In this document: in pieces, positions 12,251-25,808 of the stretch | Numbering within the stretch: the stretch's first letter is position 1 | How the letters are laid out: each line of letters begins with the position of its first letter | Assembly: GCF_032444005.1 (NCBI RefSeq) | Contig: NC_091288.1 | Location: 203,546,001 to 203,610,000, forward strand | Length of the DNA: 64,000 nucleotides | Reading direction: 5' to 3' | From: Ranitomeya imitator | Lineage: Eukaryota | Position numbers and translations under genes: made by a program | The notes under the pieces: generated by a model | Told to the model about the DNA's origin: nothing | The model's input: the letters and a program-made list of their open reading frames with translations, nothing else | Databases searched by the model: none

Positions 12251-13573
12251 TATTATGTAATCTGCACTAACGCAGGCGGAGCAGTCACCGACTTATAATG
12301 GACTCTCCGGATGTGGGGTCCTCCGGTGAAAGACCCTTTGTAGTCACTTAAAGGGAATGTGTCGGCCCAAACTGACAGTATAAGCTAAGCAGGCAGCCTT
12401 GTATGGATATGGCGCCCCTGTAATAATCGCCCCTGTATTATTCTGATCGCTGCCTCCATTATCCAGAAACCATGATTGATTATATATGTTAATGAGGTTA
12501 TCGGTGCACCCTGGGCGTGGCCAAGACGATCAGAGCACTATTCCGCCTGCAGGCTTTCTCTCCAGAGCTGTCAATCATCAATATCTGATTACACTTTAGT
12601 TATGGCAGAAATATTGATTTCTAAAAGTGCAGATTTTGCAGGGGCGATGTCGCCTACAAGGCTGTGTGCTGCGCTGATGCTGTCAGTTTGGGCTAATCCA
12701 TAGGATAGGGGATAACTCGCTGATCGCTGGGGACCTGGCTGTCGGGAATCCCAGAGCTCTGTTACCCCATCCTGAGTGCAGTGGCAGTGCCTGTGCTCAA
12801 TGCCTGCACCATTCATTGTCTATGGGACTGCACGCCGTTATTTACGGCAGTCCCATAGACAATGAATGGAGCAGATTGCCAGTGCATCCAGGATGGAGCA
12901 ACGGAGCCTCGATCTCTGGGGTTCCTAACGATCGCACCCCGGCAATCAGCAAGTTATCCCCTAACCTATGGATAGGCGATAAATGGCTATTCTCCAAAAA
13001 AACCAACAAGTTAAGATTCCCTTAAAGCTCTGCAGATCGGTGGGGTCCGGAGACCCCTACTGACTGCAGAAGAGAATTGTCAGAAGTGCACGGCTCCGCT
13101 CCTGCATAAGCGTCGCGCTCCCGCCTGCCGAGCAGACACTTCGGACTACTCTTCTGAGTGACCAGCGGGGTAACTGCAGCCAGTCCCATGACTCTTACTG
13201 GTACGGGAATATCATCCCTTTCTGCTCCGTTAGGTCAGACCTCCGGGAGTGACTGACGGGGCTGCAGCATCAATGTGTCCCCTGCACAGCAGCCACCCGC
13301 CGTGCAGGGAAACGCAGCGCGACCTTGTTCATGGTGGGAGCACGGAAGCAGCCCCACATCTCCTAATTCTCAGGATCGGTGAGGGTCCCAGAGGTCAGAC
13401 CACCATCAGTTATTAACTGCCAGCATATGTGGGGATTCGCTATAGATTTATGAGGCAGAGGAACAATTCCAAGAGCTATTTTTTTTCCCTTTAGGCAAGA
13501 TATTTCATAGCCATCAAGAGAAACCAGCCCGAAAATGTAGGCAGGATTCCCAGTCCATATAGCAGTGGTCTTA

Positions 13574-14458
13574 GGCCATGTTCACACCATCCTTTTTTTA
13601 ATGCGGAACTGCCGCGATTTTCCCGCTGCGGGTCCGCAGCTGTTTTCCATGCAGGGTACATTACAATGTACCCTATGGAAAACAGGAACTGCTGTGCACA
13701 CATTGTGGAAAATCCCAAAAAAAGCCGCGCTGAATAGCTGCGGTAAAAAAGAAGTACCATGTCACTTCTTTTTGCGGAACTGCAGCGGTTCTGCACCCAC
13801 TGACCTCCATTGTGAGGTCAAACCCGCAGTAATACCCGCAGACGAAAAAAATATCTGCGGGTTTTCTGCGGTTTGTGGTGCAGAACCGCTGCAGTGTGGC
13901 TGCCCCCCCGTGCTCCAATCCCACCCCCCCGTGCTCCGACACCCCCCCCCCCCCCCCCCGTGCCCTAATCTCCCCCCTTATACTTACCGGGCCTCCCGGT
14001 GTCCGTCCGGCCGTCTTCTCCCTGGGCGCCGCCATCTTCCAAAATGTCGGGCGCATGCGCAGTGCGCCCGCCGAATCTGCCGGCCGGCAGATTCGTTCCA
14101 GGCACATTTTGATCACTGTGATAACCATACAGTGATCAAAATAAAAAAAAGGTAAATGCCCCCCCCCCCCCCCCCCTTATCACCCCCATAGGTAGCAACA
14201 AAAATAAAATAAAAATATTTTTTTTTTCCCCCCACTACAGTTAGAAACTAGGGTTAGGGCTAGGGTTAGGCTTAGGGGTAGGGTTAGGGTATTTTCAGCC
14301 ATTTTAACCCTAAAAAAACTTCCTAGAAAACACACAGAAACTGCACTAAAAACCGCATCAAAAAACGCACCAAAAAACGCACCTGCGTTTTCTGCCAAGA
14401 GCTGCGGTTTTTAGTGCAGAAAAAACAGCAGGGAAATCAGGAACGTGTGAACATGGCC
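13574..14458. mobile_element. PIF/Harbinger-type composite MITE
   Basis: TIR GGCCATGTTCACAC ... GTGTGAACATGGCC with exact TTA target duplication. Carries degenerate TTAGGG hexamers at 14248-14290. Confidence 0.8.
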
Positions 14459-15532
14459 TTATACTTGCATCTCTCCAGTACGACTCCCACCAGGCCCTAT
14501 TAGAGCATGTTGGGAGTGTTACTATTAGCAGAGATGAAGAGCGTACGTGCCGTGCAACAAGGAGCTAACACTTTAGATTAGGGAGCAACCAAAGTACAAG
14601 CCCACCGGGAAAGTTCTGTATGTGGATCCCCCCCAAACCCTGTGCACCGAGGCAAAGAATGAAAGCCAAGGGGGCCGCGAGTGTGGACGCACTTGTTCGC
14701 TTTCATACCAACTCCTGTAAAAGTGAATGACGATAGCTTTGCATATGCGCAGTCATTGTCCACCTGGCCAGGCAGGACAGGGGTCCGGGACCGCTCTTCC
14801 TTCTGGATCGGAGACTTGCATCTATATTAAATGTCTAAGGTTAGCCCACCCCTTTAACATCCATAAAAGACCCTCAATCTGGGGAGCGTAAGACGGGTTA
14901 ACATTCAAGTCTTATTGCACAGATGCAGGAGCAGCCTGGCACTGCAGGCCGGGCATTCAGAAAGCAGCAGAGCGGAGGATCTGCTCAGCGATGTCGGATA
15001 ATTATCATTTTATTTCTTTACTATATATATTTTATATATACATAATAAAAAAAGATCCATCCCAATGGTCTCTATGCTCTCTCAATCCAGCTCCAACATG
15101 ATCGCACCAGGTAAAATTGCCAAAAATCGATAGGGTAGGGGATAAGTTACTTATTGCTGGGGACCCAGTGATCAGGAAACCTCACGATGGGAGGTTGTGC
15201 TCTAGACAAGGAATAGAGAGGAGGTGTCAGATCCAGAGCAATCAGTAAGTTTCCCCTACCCCACAGATGGGAGATAACCCCTTTAAGAGAATTGTCTCCT
15301 CTTTTTTTTCCACCTACATCCAAAATGTGAATGATCTTGACTTTTATTACAGTCCACAGGGGGTGACTGTGATCCAGTGGTGGGAGTTTGTCCGTCCCCG
15401 GCCTACTGTGGCCAATATGTGATGCCATCCTTTTGGCCTGGAATATCAATGGTCGGCGCATCCCTGAAGACTTTCCGTGTACGTCTGTCCTCTGTAACTA
15501 TGAGTCCTTCTCCGGGAATATTATAGAGGTAA

Positions 15533-18500
15533 TCAACGCATAGGTCGATAAGGAAAGGTCATGCCAGGCATGAACGTCTGCACAGGATGTCCTGGTAGTG
15601 TGGGGAGTGTTGGCAGCGCTGCATGGGCGGGCATTGCAGGATGTGTTGGCAGCGCTGCATGGCCGGGTAAAGCAGTATGCGCGGGTAGGGCTGTGTGTGC
15701 TGGAAGAGCAGCATGTGCGGGCAACGCTGCATGTGCGGGCAATGCTGCATGTGCGGGCAACGCTGCATGAGCAGGGAGTGTGGGGTAACCCAGAGGTGGC
15801 GTATGGATGTGAGGATAGAACGCAGGGGTCAGAGTCGGATGACTGGGCGGCTGCACAGGACCGGATACCACCAACTGCATTAAGCTGGAAGAGAAAAAAA
15901 AAAAAAAAAGTATGGGGAAGGAATGGGGGTTAAATAAGAGTTGTCTAAATTTTGGGACATTTTATTTACATTTGCTGCTAATAATTATTTTTGCAATTGC
16001 GTTACATTTACAATTTTGCACCGTTTTGCTTTCACAGTTTGTTTGTTTCCGGGTTTAATGTGGTCTGAGAGGAGCTCAGAAAAAATAAAAAGACAGATAA
16101 AAGATTTAGAAACTCCCTTTCAGACCGTCCTAGTGAGCTCACTAACGGATACCCAGTTAGCTCATTCTGCAGCCAGCAATAGACAGTGCAACAAAGAGGT
16201 TATAGACTGCAAACAGCGCAAAATGTTTAATGAAAACCAATTGTACAGATGATTTTTATTTATTTTGTTTTTAGACCAGAACGCATGCATTTCAGTAAAA
16301 AAATAAATAAATAAATTGCGGACACTTTAAAAACACAGAATATACAGGGTGGGCCATTTATATGGATACATCTAAATAAAATGGGAATGGTTGGCGAGAT
16401 CAGCTTCCTGTTTGTGGCACATTAGTATATGGGAGGGGGAAAACTTTTCAAGATGGGTGGTGACCATGGCGGCCATTTTCAAGTCGGACATTTTGGATCC
16501 AACATTTTTTTTCCCAATGGGAAGAGCGTCATGTGACACATCAAACTTATTGAGAATTTCACAAGAAAAACAATGGTGTGCTTGGTTGTAACGTAGCTTT
16601 GTTCTTTCATGAGTTATTTACAAGTTTATGGCCACTTTGAACACATTTTATAAGTGCTGCCCATTGTGTTGGATTGTCAATGCAACCCTCTTCTCCAACT
16701 CTTAACATACTGATAGCAACACCGCAGAAGAAATGCTAGCACAAGCTGCCAGTATCCGTTGTTTCAGATGCTGCACATCTCGCATTGTAAGGCAATTGTC
16801 TATGCTGTGAAGATACGAGATGTGCAGCCTCTGAAACAACGGATACTGGCAGCCTGTGCTAGCATTTCTTCTGCGGTGTTGCGATCAGTGTGTCAGGAGT
16901 GGGAGAAGAGGGTTGCACTGACAATCCAACACAATGGGCAGCACTTTGAACACATTTTACAAGTGGTCATAAACTTGTAAATAACTCATGAAGGAAGAAA
17001 GTTACGTTACAACCAGGCACACCATTGTTTTTCTTGTGAAATTCTCAATAAGTTTGATGTGTCACATGACGCGCTTCCCATTGGAAAAAATAAAGTTGGA
17101 TCCAAAATGGCCAACATCAAAATGGCCGCCCACCATGGTCACCACCCATCTTAAAAAGTTTTCCCCTCCCATATACTAATGATCCCTACATTTATATTTA
17201 TTATGTATATACACACACACACCAAGGGTGGACTAAAAAACTATTTTAATGAAGTTAGGTGACAGGAGTTCATTTTTCTATTATTAGTCTAATACACCAG
17301 TTAACGATCGATATAGGATACAGCGGGGTACTCACTTGTTATGGGGGAGTCGTGCGCAGAGGGTTCTCAGGTCATCTGCAAGGGAAACAAAAGTAATTAA
17401 CTGTTAAGGATTGTGGTCATACATCTACGCCTGGAGGACGTGCACACTGGGCAATTCAAGCTTCTCAGGTTTGCCATCTCACAAAGTGACGGCCTATCCC
17501 TAGGATATGTGATCAGTGGGGACTGGAGCAAAAACGATTGGCAGGTTCCTGATCTAGCAGCCACGTCGGTAGTCAGTGGCCACCAGATAAGGGCACCGCG
17601 ACCCTCCTGCTACCTGTGGTATTTCCGGCTCCTGGTAGTTCTCCTGCACAGTAGGCATCAACTCAAGAAGTAGCACCGTTGATTACAATGTGACTCTCTG
17701 CCACGTAACCCATTAGTCCTGGATTTAGCAAATATAAAATTTACCCCGAGTGCAAAGTAACGCTCCGGTAGCCATCGAGACTTGTAACGCTTGCGCCAGC
17801 CGATCCAATGCCAACTCCATCTCTTGCTCAGCATTCAGCGGGTTAAGCTCTTCGCAGAGTTGTCCCAGTTCTTCCACCAGAGGCACGAGCTGCTCAAATA
17901 TGATCAGTGCTAATCGCCCATACAGGCTTTTCTCTGTCAGGTGAGTCTGGAGGACCATGAGACCTTGTAAGACACTCAAATGTAGCTTGGAGTAGAGGTT
18001 CTGATCTACCCCAATAGGACCGCCACCAGCGGCCTTTTGTTTGCGTCTGTAGGCCAGAGGGGCTATCACACACCACCTCACCAGACCCATCAATGGGGAG
18101 AAGTCCAAGTAACCAATAGGCAGGTTGGCCGTAATAGGAGTGTTAAGGAAAGTGATCAAAATCAGACGAGGATCCTCGAAAATCCAAGACACGATCATTT
18201 CCAGGAGGTCATGAGGAGGAATAAGTTCTTCTGCAAAAATAAAAAAATTGCTTTAGTAAAGGGATCATCCATGATGCCTTCACCAATATAGGATACAATC
18301 TCTTACCTGAAGACATATCATACAGTGTTGCAACCGCAGTGATGAACTGGCAGCAAAACCGTGGGCTGACATTAAAGATTTGCTTCAGGGTCTGCACAGA
18401 GCCAGGAACTAGGCCGCAGTAGTCACCGACCAGAGCCTTGGCCAAACGTACACAGTACACGGCAGGAGTGCGCTGCATCAGAGGACACAACAGAAGTGTA

Positions 18501-21500
18501 AGACAACGTGCATATTAAAAATAGGATTCTGAATTCACTGACAGCAAGCAGAGGTTGAGCACTGTGAGCATTTGATGGCAAATGACTTTGTACCTGGAGC
18601 CACGATGCAGCACATTCCAGCACTGGCAACCTGCATACCGCCACTGCCATGGACGTCAGCTTCCCCAGGAGCGCCATACGCTGCTCATCTGCCTTATTCC
18701 CCTGCGGGCTGAATAGCGAGGAGAAGATGACCTGGCGGACTGCCTCCTTGGTTTGGTCTTGGAAGTAGTTGCAAAGAATCTCCAGCAGCTGCAGCTCTTG
18801 CAAGGCCGTGAATCGCTGAAGGGAGAAAAATCGGGTCAAAATTACGTATCCATTATTAGGGTCCATACGTTTCCTTTATGTATGATATAGAACAGTAATA
18901 TTGGTGGTGGGGCACTGGCCACTATTATAATAATAATAATCTTTATTTTTATATAGCGCTAACATATTCCGCAGCGCTTTACACTTTTACACACATTATC
19001 ATCACTGTCCCCGTTGGGGCTCACAATCTAAATTTCCTATCAGTATGTCTTTGGAATGTGGGAGGAAACCGGAGAACCCGGAGGAAACCCACGCAAACAC
19101 GGAGAGAACATACAAACTCCTTGCAGATGTTGTCCAAGGTGGGATTACAACCCAGGACTCCAGCGCTGCAAGGCTGCTGTGCTATCCACTGCGCCACCGT
19201 GCTGCCCTACAAATATTCCAAATGGGTCCTGGTACTTTATTTGTCTAGCCCCCGGATTACACTATTTTTGGGACACTTACTGACTGAGCCACTTGTCAGT
19301 GAAGAGATTAGGCGAGTTGCTGCCAAATAATGCGAGGACAGGATAGACGTCGTAGCTTTACTTGAAAGATTTTCATAGCGTGCAGATTAACAAATTATTC
19401 CCTATCTGCATAATAGGGGACGCTTTACTGATCGTTAGGGAAAAGCTGAACATGGCACTGGGCCATGGCCAACAGAAAATGAATGGAGCAAAGGTAAAAA
19501 AAAAAAAAAATGCGCACCACTGCTCCATTCAAGATGAGAACCATTTTCTCCGAATCACTAGAGGTCTCAGTCGTGGGACCCCCAACGATCAGGTAGAAAA
19601 TCCCTACCTTATGGATATTAGAGCATAAAGAAAAAAAGTGCTTCATAGAGAAACAACGCTCATATTGGTAATGTTGCAACAACATCAGTGAAAACTCTCT
19701 CTTAAAAAAGTGATCAAGTTTTTTCAGGAACCAAAGCGATGATTGGCAGCCCCCTCTCCCTCTCGAATAGCCCATGTGGGTTCGGCCATAGTAAAACGTA
19801 AGGAGTATATTAAAAATGAGGGTATGGTAAGGGGCGCCGATAAAAAAAAGTAGATGAAGGAATATAATCCAAAAACAGCTTATTTGGGTGGCAAAAAAAC
19901 AACTTCTGATTTCGGGGCTTTCCTGCCTCCTTTATCAGGCCAGCGCACTAATCAATGCTTGGTAAGCTTTTTGATGAAGTGGCTGGAGTGCGCCTAAAGC
20001 GAGTTATGTGATTCCGGTGGCAAAAAGCATCTTATTCCGGGGGCAAACTGGTTCCAATGAATATTTGGGAAGCTTGCCCGAAGTAGGGGGTCCATTCGCA
20101 CCTTGCTTTCTGCCACCTGAATAAACCAACATGTTTTGGGGCACTCCAGCCCCTTTGTTACAAAATAAACACACTAAACAGTGATTGGTGTAGACGGTTT
20201 AGCCCCCAAACCAGTTGTTTTCTGCCACCCAAAATAAGCCATCTTTGGATTATATTCCTTCAGCTACATTATTTTATTTTTTTTTTTTTAAATTGGCGTT
20301 CCTTAGCATACCTTCTTTCTTAACATACCTCTTTAATTTTACTACCTTATGGATAGGAAATAACTCACTATTTTGGATATACAATTAGAATATATTAAAT
20401 AAATAAAGCATTTATCACCTGTCCATGTAATAGGAGATAAATCCTGATTATTTACTCCCTTTTATTATGAGAGCAGATGTCCCAAATCTCCCAGAAGCGG
20501 TCACACTTGCTGGCCACCACTACATTCAGTTTTTTAGCACACTGACATAGACAGCACTTATCCACCAGTCTATAAACTGTAAAGGACATAGTAGCGTGCG
20601 TGCATGAAAATCGCTCTATTCAAAGGGCAGACGAGATCCTTGTTCTCGTGACTGAGGGGACCCTCATCAATCAGCAATCATACTGTACATTTAAGCACCT
20701 TTACTCACTGATAAGGGGTTGTCCCAGAAAAAAAAAGTACATTTTAATTAATAGATTTTGGAATAATAATAAGTTTCAATTTTGGATGCGTTAAAAAAAA
20801 AATGTTCCTGTGCCGAGATAATTTTGTAAATGCGTTCCTGCTGTGTACTGTGTAATGGCTGTGTCTGCTTCTGTTCTTGATCGGCACAACCACGGCTCCT
20901 GACCAGTGTAGGAAGCATAAATCACTTATGATAAGGGAGTATACAGATGACGCAGCAGGAGCTCGTAATTGCTTCCGTAAGGCAACACATTTCCCTGCCT
21001 GTTTTATCACAGGATTGTTTCTGCAGTGTCTCCAACTTTCTGAGCCCATCATAAATCAAGCCAGTAACATACAAGCTCTGGTGGCTACTGAGCTAGGGAA
21101 ATGTGTTACCGCTATGTCGTGTGTATGCTCCCTTATCATAAGTTACGTATGCTTCCTCCCCTAGGCCAGGAGCTGTGGAATGATCAGGCCAGTGGCCATC
21201 AGAGCTTGTATGTGATTAACTTGATATATGATTAGCTCAGAAGGCTGGTGGCACAGCAGAAACACTCCTGTGATAAAACAGGCAGGCAAATGTGTTACCT
21301 CACAGTAAGAAGCAATTGTGAGCTTTTGCAGTGTCATCTGTATGCTCCCTTATCTGAAGTGATTTACGATTCCTCCCCTGACCAGGAGCTGTGGTATGAT
21401 CAGACCATGTTCCTGTACGGCCAGACACAGGCTTTACACAGTACAGGGGCACACTTACAAGATTATCTCAGCACAGGAACATTTTTTTCTTTTTAACGCT

Positions 21501-22023
21501 TCCAATTGTGAAACGTATTATGTTCATAGCTCACCCCTTTAGCAAAAATCTGCAAAAACAGAAGAGAGACAAGAGCAAAGCTGGAAGCAAAATAGGCTGC
21601 AGGGATTTTTGCTACTTTGCCTTTCATCTGGATGAGGCTTGCAGATAACCATGTGCTGACGACACAAATAGTTACGAGCGGCAGAAATCTCTGCAAAACA
21701 CAAACACTGTGATCACTTCCCTGTTCTATAACCTTAGATGACACAAATCCCAGTGACGGGCTCATTCCCAGACATCAGGGGAGCAGAACCCGAACTTCCT
21801 GCAGGGTGATACAATGTAAGGAACAGACAGAAACCTTGTGGGATCCTCGATCCTTGGGAACCTGGAAGATGAACTCTTCCAGTAAATCGATGGGCCCCTT
21901 CTCCACCATGGGCACGGGGGCGCTCTGGAGCTGGCTGCTAAAATAGATATCCAGGTGGTAGAGCACCTCCTTGGCTGCGCTAAGGGCATCCCGCCGCAGG
22001 AGAGAATGGCGGATGTCACTCAT
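15533..22023 (-). CDS. INTS15: Integrator complex subunit 15 (C7orf26); join(22023-21835, 18815-18594, 18472-18307, 18230-17745, 17375-17336, 15884-15533), 484 aa
   Basis: MSDIRHSLLRRDALSAAKEVLYHLDIYFSSQLQS..., FSSLFSPQGNKAD, WIFEDPRLILITFLNTP, LDRLAQALQV, DDLRTLCARLPHNN and PAFYPHIHTPPLGY...TFPYRPMR* match vertebrate C7orf26. All introns GT-AG; 1455 nt in frame. Confidence 0.96.
16345..17181. mobile_element. Non-autonomous Tc1/mariner-derived foldback element (right end truncated)
   Basis: TA-CAGGGTGGGCC start. Arms of about 365 bp (16420-16786 and 16813-17181) are inverted copies, each carrying the transposase C-terminal remnant LKQRILAACASI...GQHFEHIL. Confidence 0.75.
18925..19206 (-). 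mobile_element. tRNA-derived SINE with L2-type tail
   Basis: Minus-strand head GGCAGCACGGTGGCGCAGTGG (A box) and GGTTGTAATCC (B-box-like). Ends GCGCTATATAAAAATAAAG(ATT)n. Confidence 0.8.
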
Positions 22024-22320
22024 CGCGGTCCTGTGGGAAGAAAACAGATACTTTAGCCTTTAATAAGTGCATCAGCTACAGTACTACAAGTCCCAGCATA
22101 CCCCATGCAGCACAATAAGAGTTGTGGTTCACAATTACCAATGTGCCCCCTCTTATATCAATAATACTGAAAACTGTTAAATCGTATATCACTGCCAGCA
22201 AGCAGAGGTAGTGAAACTGCAGCAAGTGCATCACATGGCCGCTGTCAGCTGGAGTTAGGGCGCCCCTCTCGGCACACGCAGATATCTCTATTATTGACCT
22301 GCCCTGCTGCCTCTAGTCAC

Positions 22321-22450
22321 CTCTCGCCTCTGACCTCGCTCTTCCAACTACCGTTTCCTTTGCTTTACAGGAACCACGGGCGCCGAAAAGGCTCAAATCG
22401 TATCCCTCTCGGCCACCGTAGCTGTGGATGGGCGTGGTTAGAACCAAGCC
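22321..22450 (-). promoter_or_regulatory. Probable INTS15 promoter and non-coding first exon
   Basis: CpG-rich, GC box GGGCGTGG near 22430. Donor AG|GTGACT at 22320 and matching acceptor TTCCCACAG| at 22031, just upstream of the ATG. Confidence 0.5.
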
Positions 22451-23409
22451 TCGCTTTGGCCAGGTCCTAGAAAGACGGCTTTCCTTTTTTTTTTTTCAAT
22501 TCAAAGATAACTTTATTTAAAGCGTACACTACGAGAGCATGCTCAAGTAATAGAAAGTCGGACCTCTTAACTGTGCTCTGATCTGTGCTCTGTCTTTATA
22601 CAAGGATGAGGTTTCAGTATTCAGTTCAGATTATAGATTTTAATTCTGAAAAATCATAAAGTGAACATACATCCATGCTGCGTCGTCTTTTATTCTATTG
22701 TAAAAATAAAAATGGTGTTCAGACAATATATATTATTCTATCAGTGTCTGGGAAAGCTGGGTGGTGGAAAATATGGACCCTGAGGGGTGGTCAGTGGTTA
22801 CCCAGCTTTCCCAGAGTCCTGCGGGCAATCTGGGATTTTGGAGGTGATTTTGCTCCAAAAATCATATTGTACAGAAAAGTACTAAAGGGATTGTCCGGCT
22901 TTAGGGTAGAAGTCTGCGGTCACTCAGGTGCGTGACCGCCAGTATATGATTTGCATACATGCAATCACATGCCGACTAGACATGTCCAGCATCGCTGTAT
23001 GCAAGAGTATAGAGAGAGTCAGACATGTCTAGTTGGAATGTGGCTGGAAGTATGCAAATCACATGACATCTACTCACAAGTCTGTAGTCACATAGAGTGA
23101 GTGCAGACTTGTAGCCAAAGGCCGGACCACCCCTGCCGATACAGTTACACTCTGTGGCAGAGCAGGGAGAATCGGTCTCCCTGCTCTGCCGCTATGGGGC
23201 CCCTGAGCAGGCGGGGGGGGGGTGGGGGGTGGGGGGCAGTAGGCGGCCAGGTGCCAGCAGTGGACCCTCCACTCGTCAACGCAAGGTCAGCTGATGAGGG
23301 AAGGAGCGCGCAGCACTCCTTCTCCGATCACCCCCTGTCAGCATCCGACATCATCGACGCCAACACTGATAGTGGGTGCGGTGACATCACTAACCGGCGC
23401 CCGCTGTCA

Positions 23410-24870
23410 GGAGACGAGGGGGCGCTCAGAGCTGCGGAGGAAGAGAGGTGAGTATTTTTTTTTGGGGGCTGCCTTATACTACAGGGTCTGCCTATGGGGG
23501 TACTGTCTTATACTTACAGGGTCTGCCTATAGGGGTACTGTCTTATATTACAGGGTCTGCCTATGGGGGTACTGTCTTATACTACAGGGTCTGCCTATAG
23601 GGGTACTATATTATACTACAGGGTCTGCCTACGGGGTACTGCCTTATACTACAAGGTCTGCTTATGGGGGTTCTGTCTTATACTTACAGGGTCTGCCTAT
23701 GGGGGTACTGTCTTATACTTCAGGGTCTGCCTATGGGGGTGCTGTATTATACTTACAGGGTCTGCCTACAGGGGTACTGTCTTATACTTCAGGGTCTGCC
23801 TATGGGGGTGCTGTATTATACTTACAGGATCTGCCTACGTGGTGCTGCCTTATACTACAGGAATACAAAAAGGAAATGGAGTTCTATACGGAGAACATTT
23901 AAAACAGCAATATTTATTAAAGAATCATTTTAAAATTTTCAACAGTAACAAAAATACAAAAGAAGGGAAGACCCTAGAAAATACACATCCAAGTCATAGG
24001 TACCTAAAGAACGTATGAAACATCATGGTATATCATCGTATATGTAACCATCAATGGTAGCGCACAATACTACGGTATATTCGCTGGCTCTCGTATGGAC
24101 AAGTGTCCTTCATGCATACCATTAGCAGAGAGACCAGTATATAAATGGCATATCAAGAATCAAATTTCTTACCCATGATGAAATGAAAGGCACCTAATGA
24201 CTCCGGAGAGCCCCCTGACGCGCGTTTCGCGTTGCTTTCTCAAAGAGGGAGACGAGGGGGCGCTCAGAGCTGCGGAGGAAGAGAGGTGAGTATTTTTTTT
24301 TGGGGGCTGCCTTATACTACAGGGTCTGCCTATGGGGGTACTGTCTTATACTTACAGGGTCTGCCTATAGGGGTACTGTCTTATATTACAGGGTCTGCCT
24401 ATGGGGGTACTGTCTTATACTACAGGGTCTGCCTATAGGGGTACTATATTATACTACAGGGTCTGCCTACGGGGTACTGCCTTATACTACAAGGTCTGCT
24501 TATGGGGGTTCTGTCTTATACTTACAGGGTCTGCCTATGGGGGTACTGTCTTATACTTCAGGGTCTGCCTATGGGGGTGCTGTATTATACTTACAGGGTC
24601 TGCCTACAGGGGTACTGTCTTATACTTCAGGGTCTGCCTATGGGGGTGCTGTATTATACTTACAGGATCTGCCTACGTGGTGCTGCCTTATACTACAGGG
24701 TCTGCCTATGGGGGTGCTGCCTTATACTACAGGATCTGCCTATGGGGTGCTGCCTTATACTACAGGATCTGCCTATGGGGTGCTGCCTTATAATACAGGG
24801 TCTGCCTATGGGGTACTGTTTTATACTACAGAGTCGAGTCTGCCTATGGGTGCTGCCTTGTGCTATAGAG
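23410..24870. repeat. 33-35-bp minisatellite with an exact 452-bp direct duplication (23410-23861 = 24248-24699)
   Basis: Units like GGGGTACTGTCTTATACTACAGGGTCTGCCTAT. The two blocks read identical at offset 838. Confidence 0.9.
23862..24247 (-). mobile_element. Penelope-like (pLTR/retrozyme-type) fragment
   Basis: Starts at a hammerhead-like motif (CCCT-CTTTGAGAAAGC-AAC-GC-GAAA-CGCGCG-TC-AGGG) and ends about 50 nt after AATAAA (23913-23918). Confidence 0.5.
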
Positions 24871-25300
24871 TTTGCCTATGGGGAGTGCATTATACTATAT
24901 TGAGGACTATCTGGTGCATTATATTATATGGAGGCCATTGGACAGTGTGGGGATTACAGTGAAGGGGCCATCATACAGTGTTGGAGCCATCAAACAGTTT
25001 GGAGGCTACTAAGGGGTCAGTATACTGTGTGGATGGTACTATACAGTGAGGGAGCATTATACAGTATAGGGGAGATGTACAGGGGGGACTCGGGACATTA
25101 TTAAATGTAAAGTGTGCACTTATTGTTATAGGGGAACTCAGGTTACTGTGGCTATTAAAGGGGCACACAAGGCAATATTACTTTCTAAAGGGCAAAATGT
25201 GGGCTCTGTTTTCTAGGGCACTTGCACCCGGCATTACTATATCATAGAGGGCTGCTTTAGAATTTAGAGGACACAGAGAATCACATAGCAGGTGCAGTAA

Positions 25301-25792
25301 GGCCTCTTTCACACTTCCGTCTTTTTCCTCCCGTCGAAATCCGTCGATTTTTGAAAAAACAGGATCCTGCAAATTTTTCTGCAGGATCCTGCTTTTTTCC
25401 CATACACTTGTGTTAGCGACGAATTGTGATGGATGGCCATCCGTTTCATCCGTCATACACTGGATCTGTCGGAAAATAGCAGTCTGTCGTGCGGAGAAAA
25501 CATTCAGAGGAACGTTTTTTTTCTGCACGTCGGAAAATCGCTCGGCGACGGGTCCTGCGCTGTCCGTCGTTGGCTATAATGGAAGTCTATGGACACAGGA
25601 TCCGTCAAAAAAAAAAAATCTCTCTCTCTCTCTCGAATCTTATACCTGAAAATGCAGGCAGGAACTCCTTTGATGCATCCGTCATAACACTGGATGCGTT
25701 GCACACGTTTTCCACTATTTTCACAACATCCATCGATACGTCGCTTCACTGCATCATGACGCACCCCGACCGACAGAAGTGTGAAAGAAGCC
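25301..25792. mobile_element. PIF/Harbinger-type MITE
   Basis: TIR GGCCTCTTTCACACTT ... AAGTGTGAAAGAAGCC, TAA/TTA flanks. Confidence 0.75.
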
Positions 25793-25808
25793 TTATAGGG
25801 ACACGTAC

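Noticed and set aside
23294-24962. ORFs up to 220 aa (YYRVCLWG / TTGSAY repeats)
   Set aside because: Produced by the 33-35-bp minisatellite; not CRISPR either, since there are no unique spacers or cas genes and the DNA is eukaryotic.
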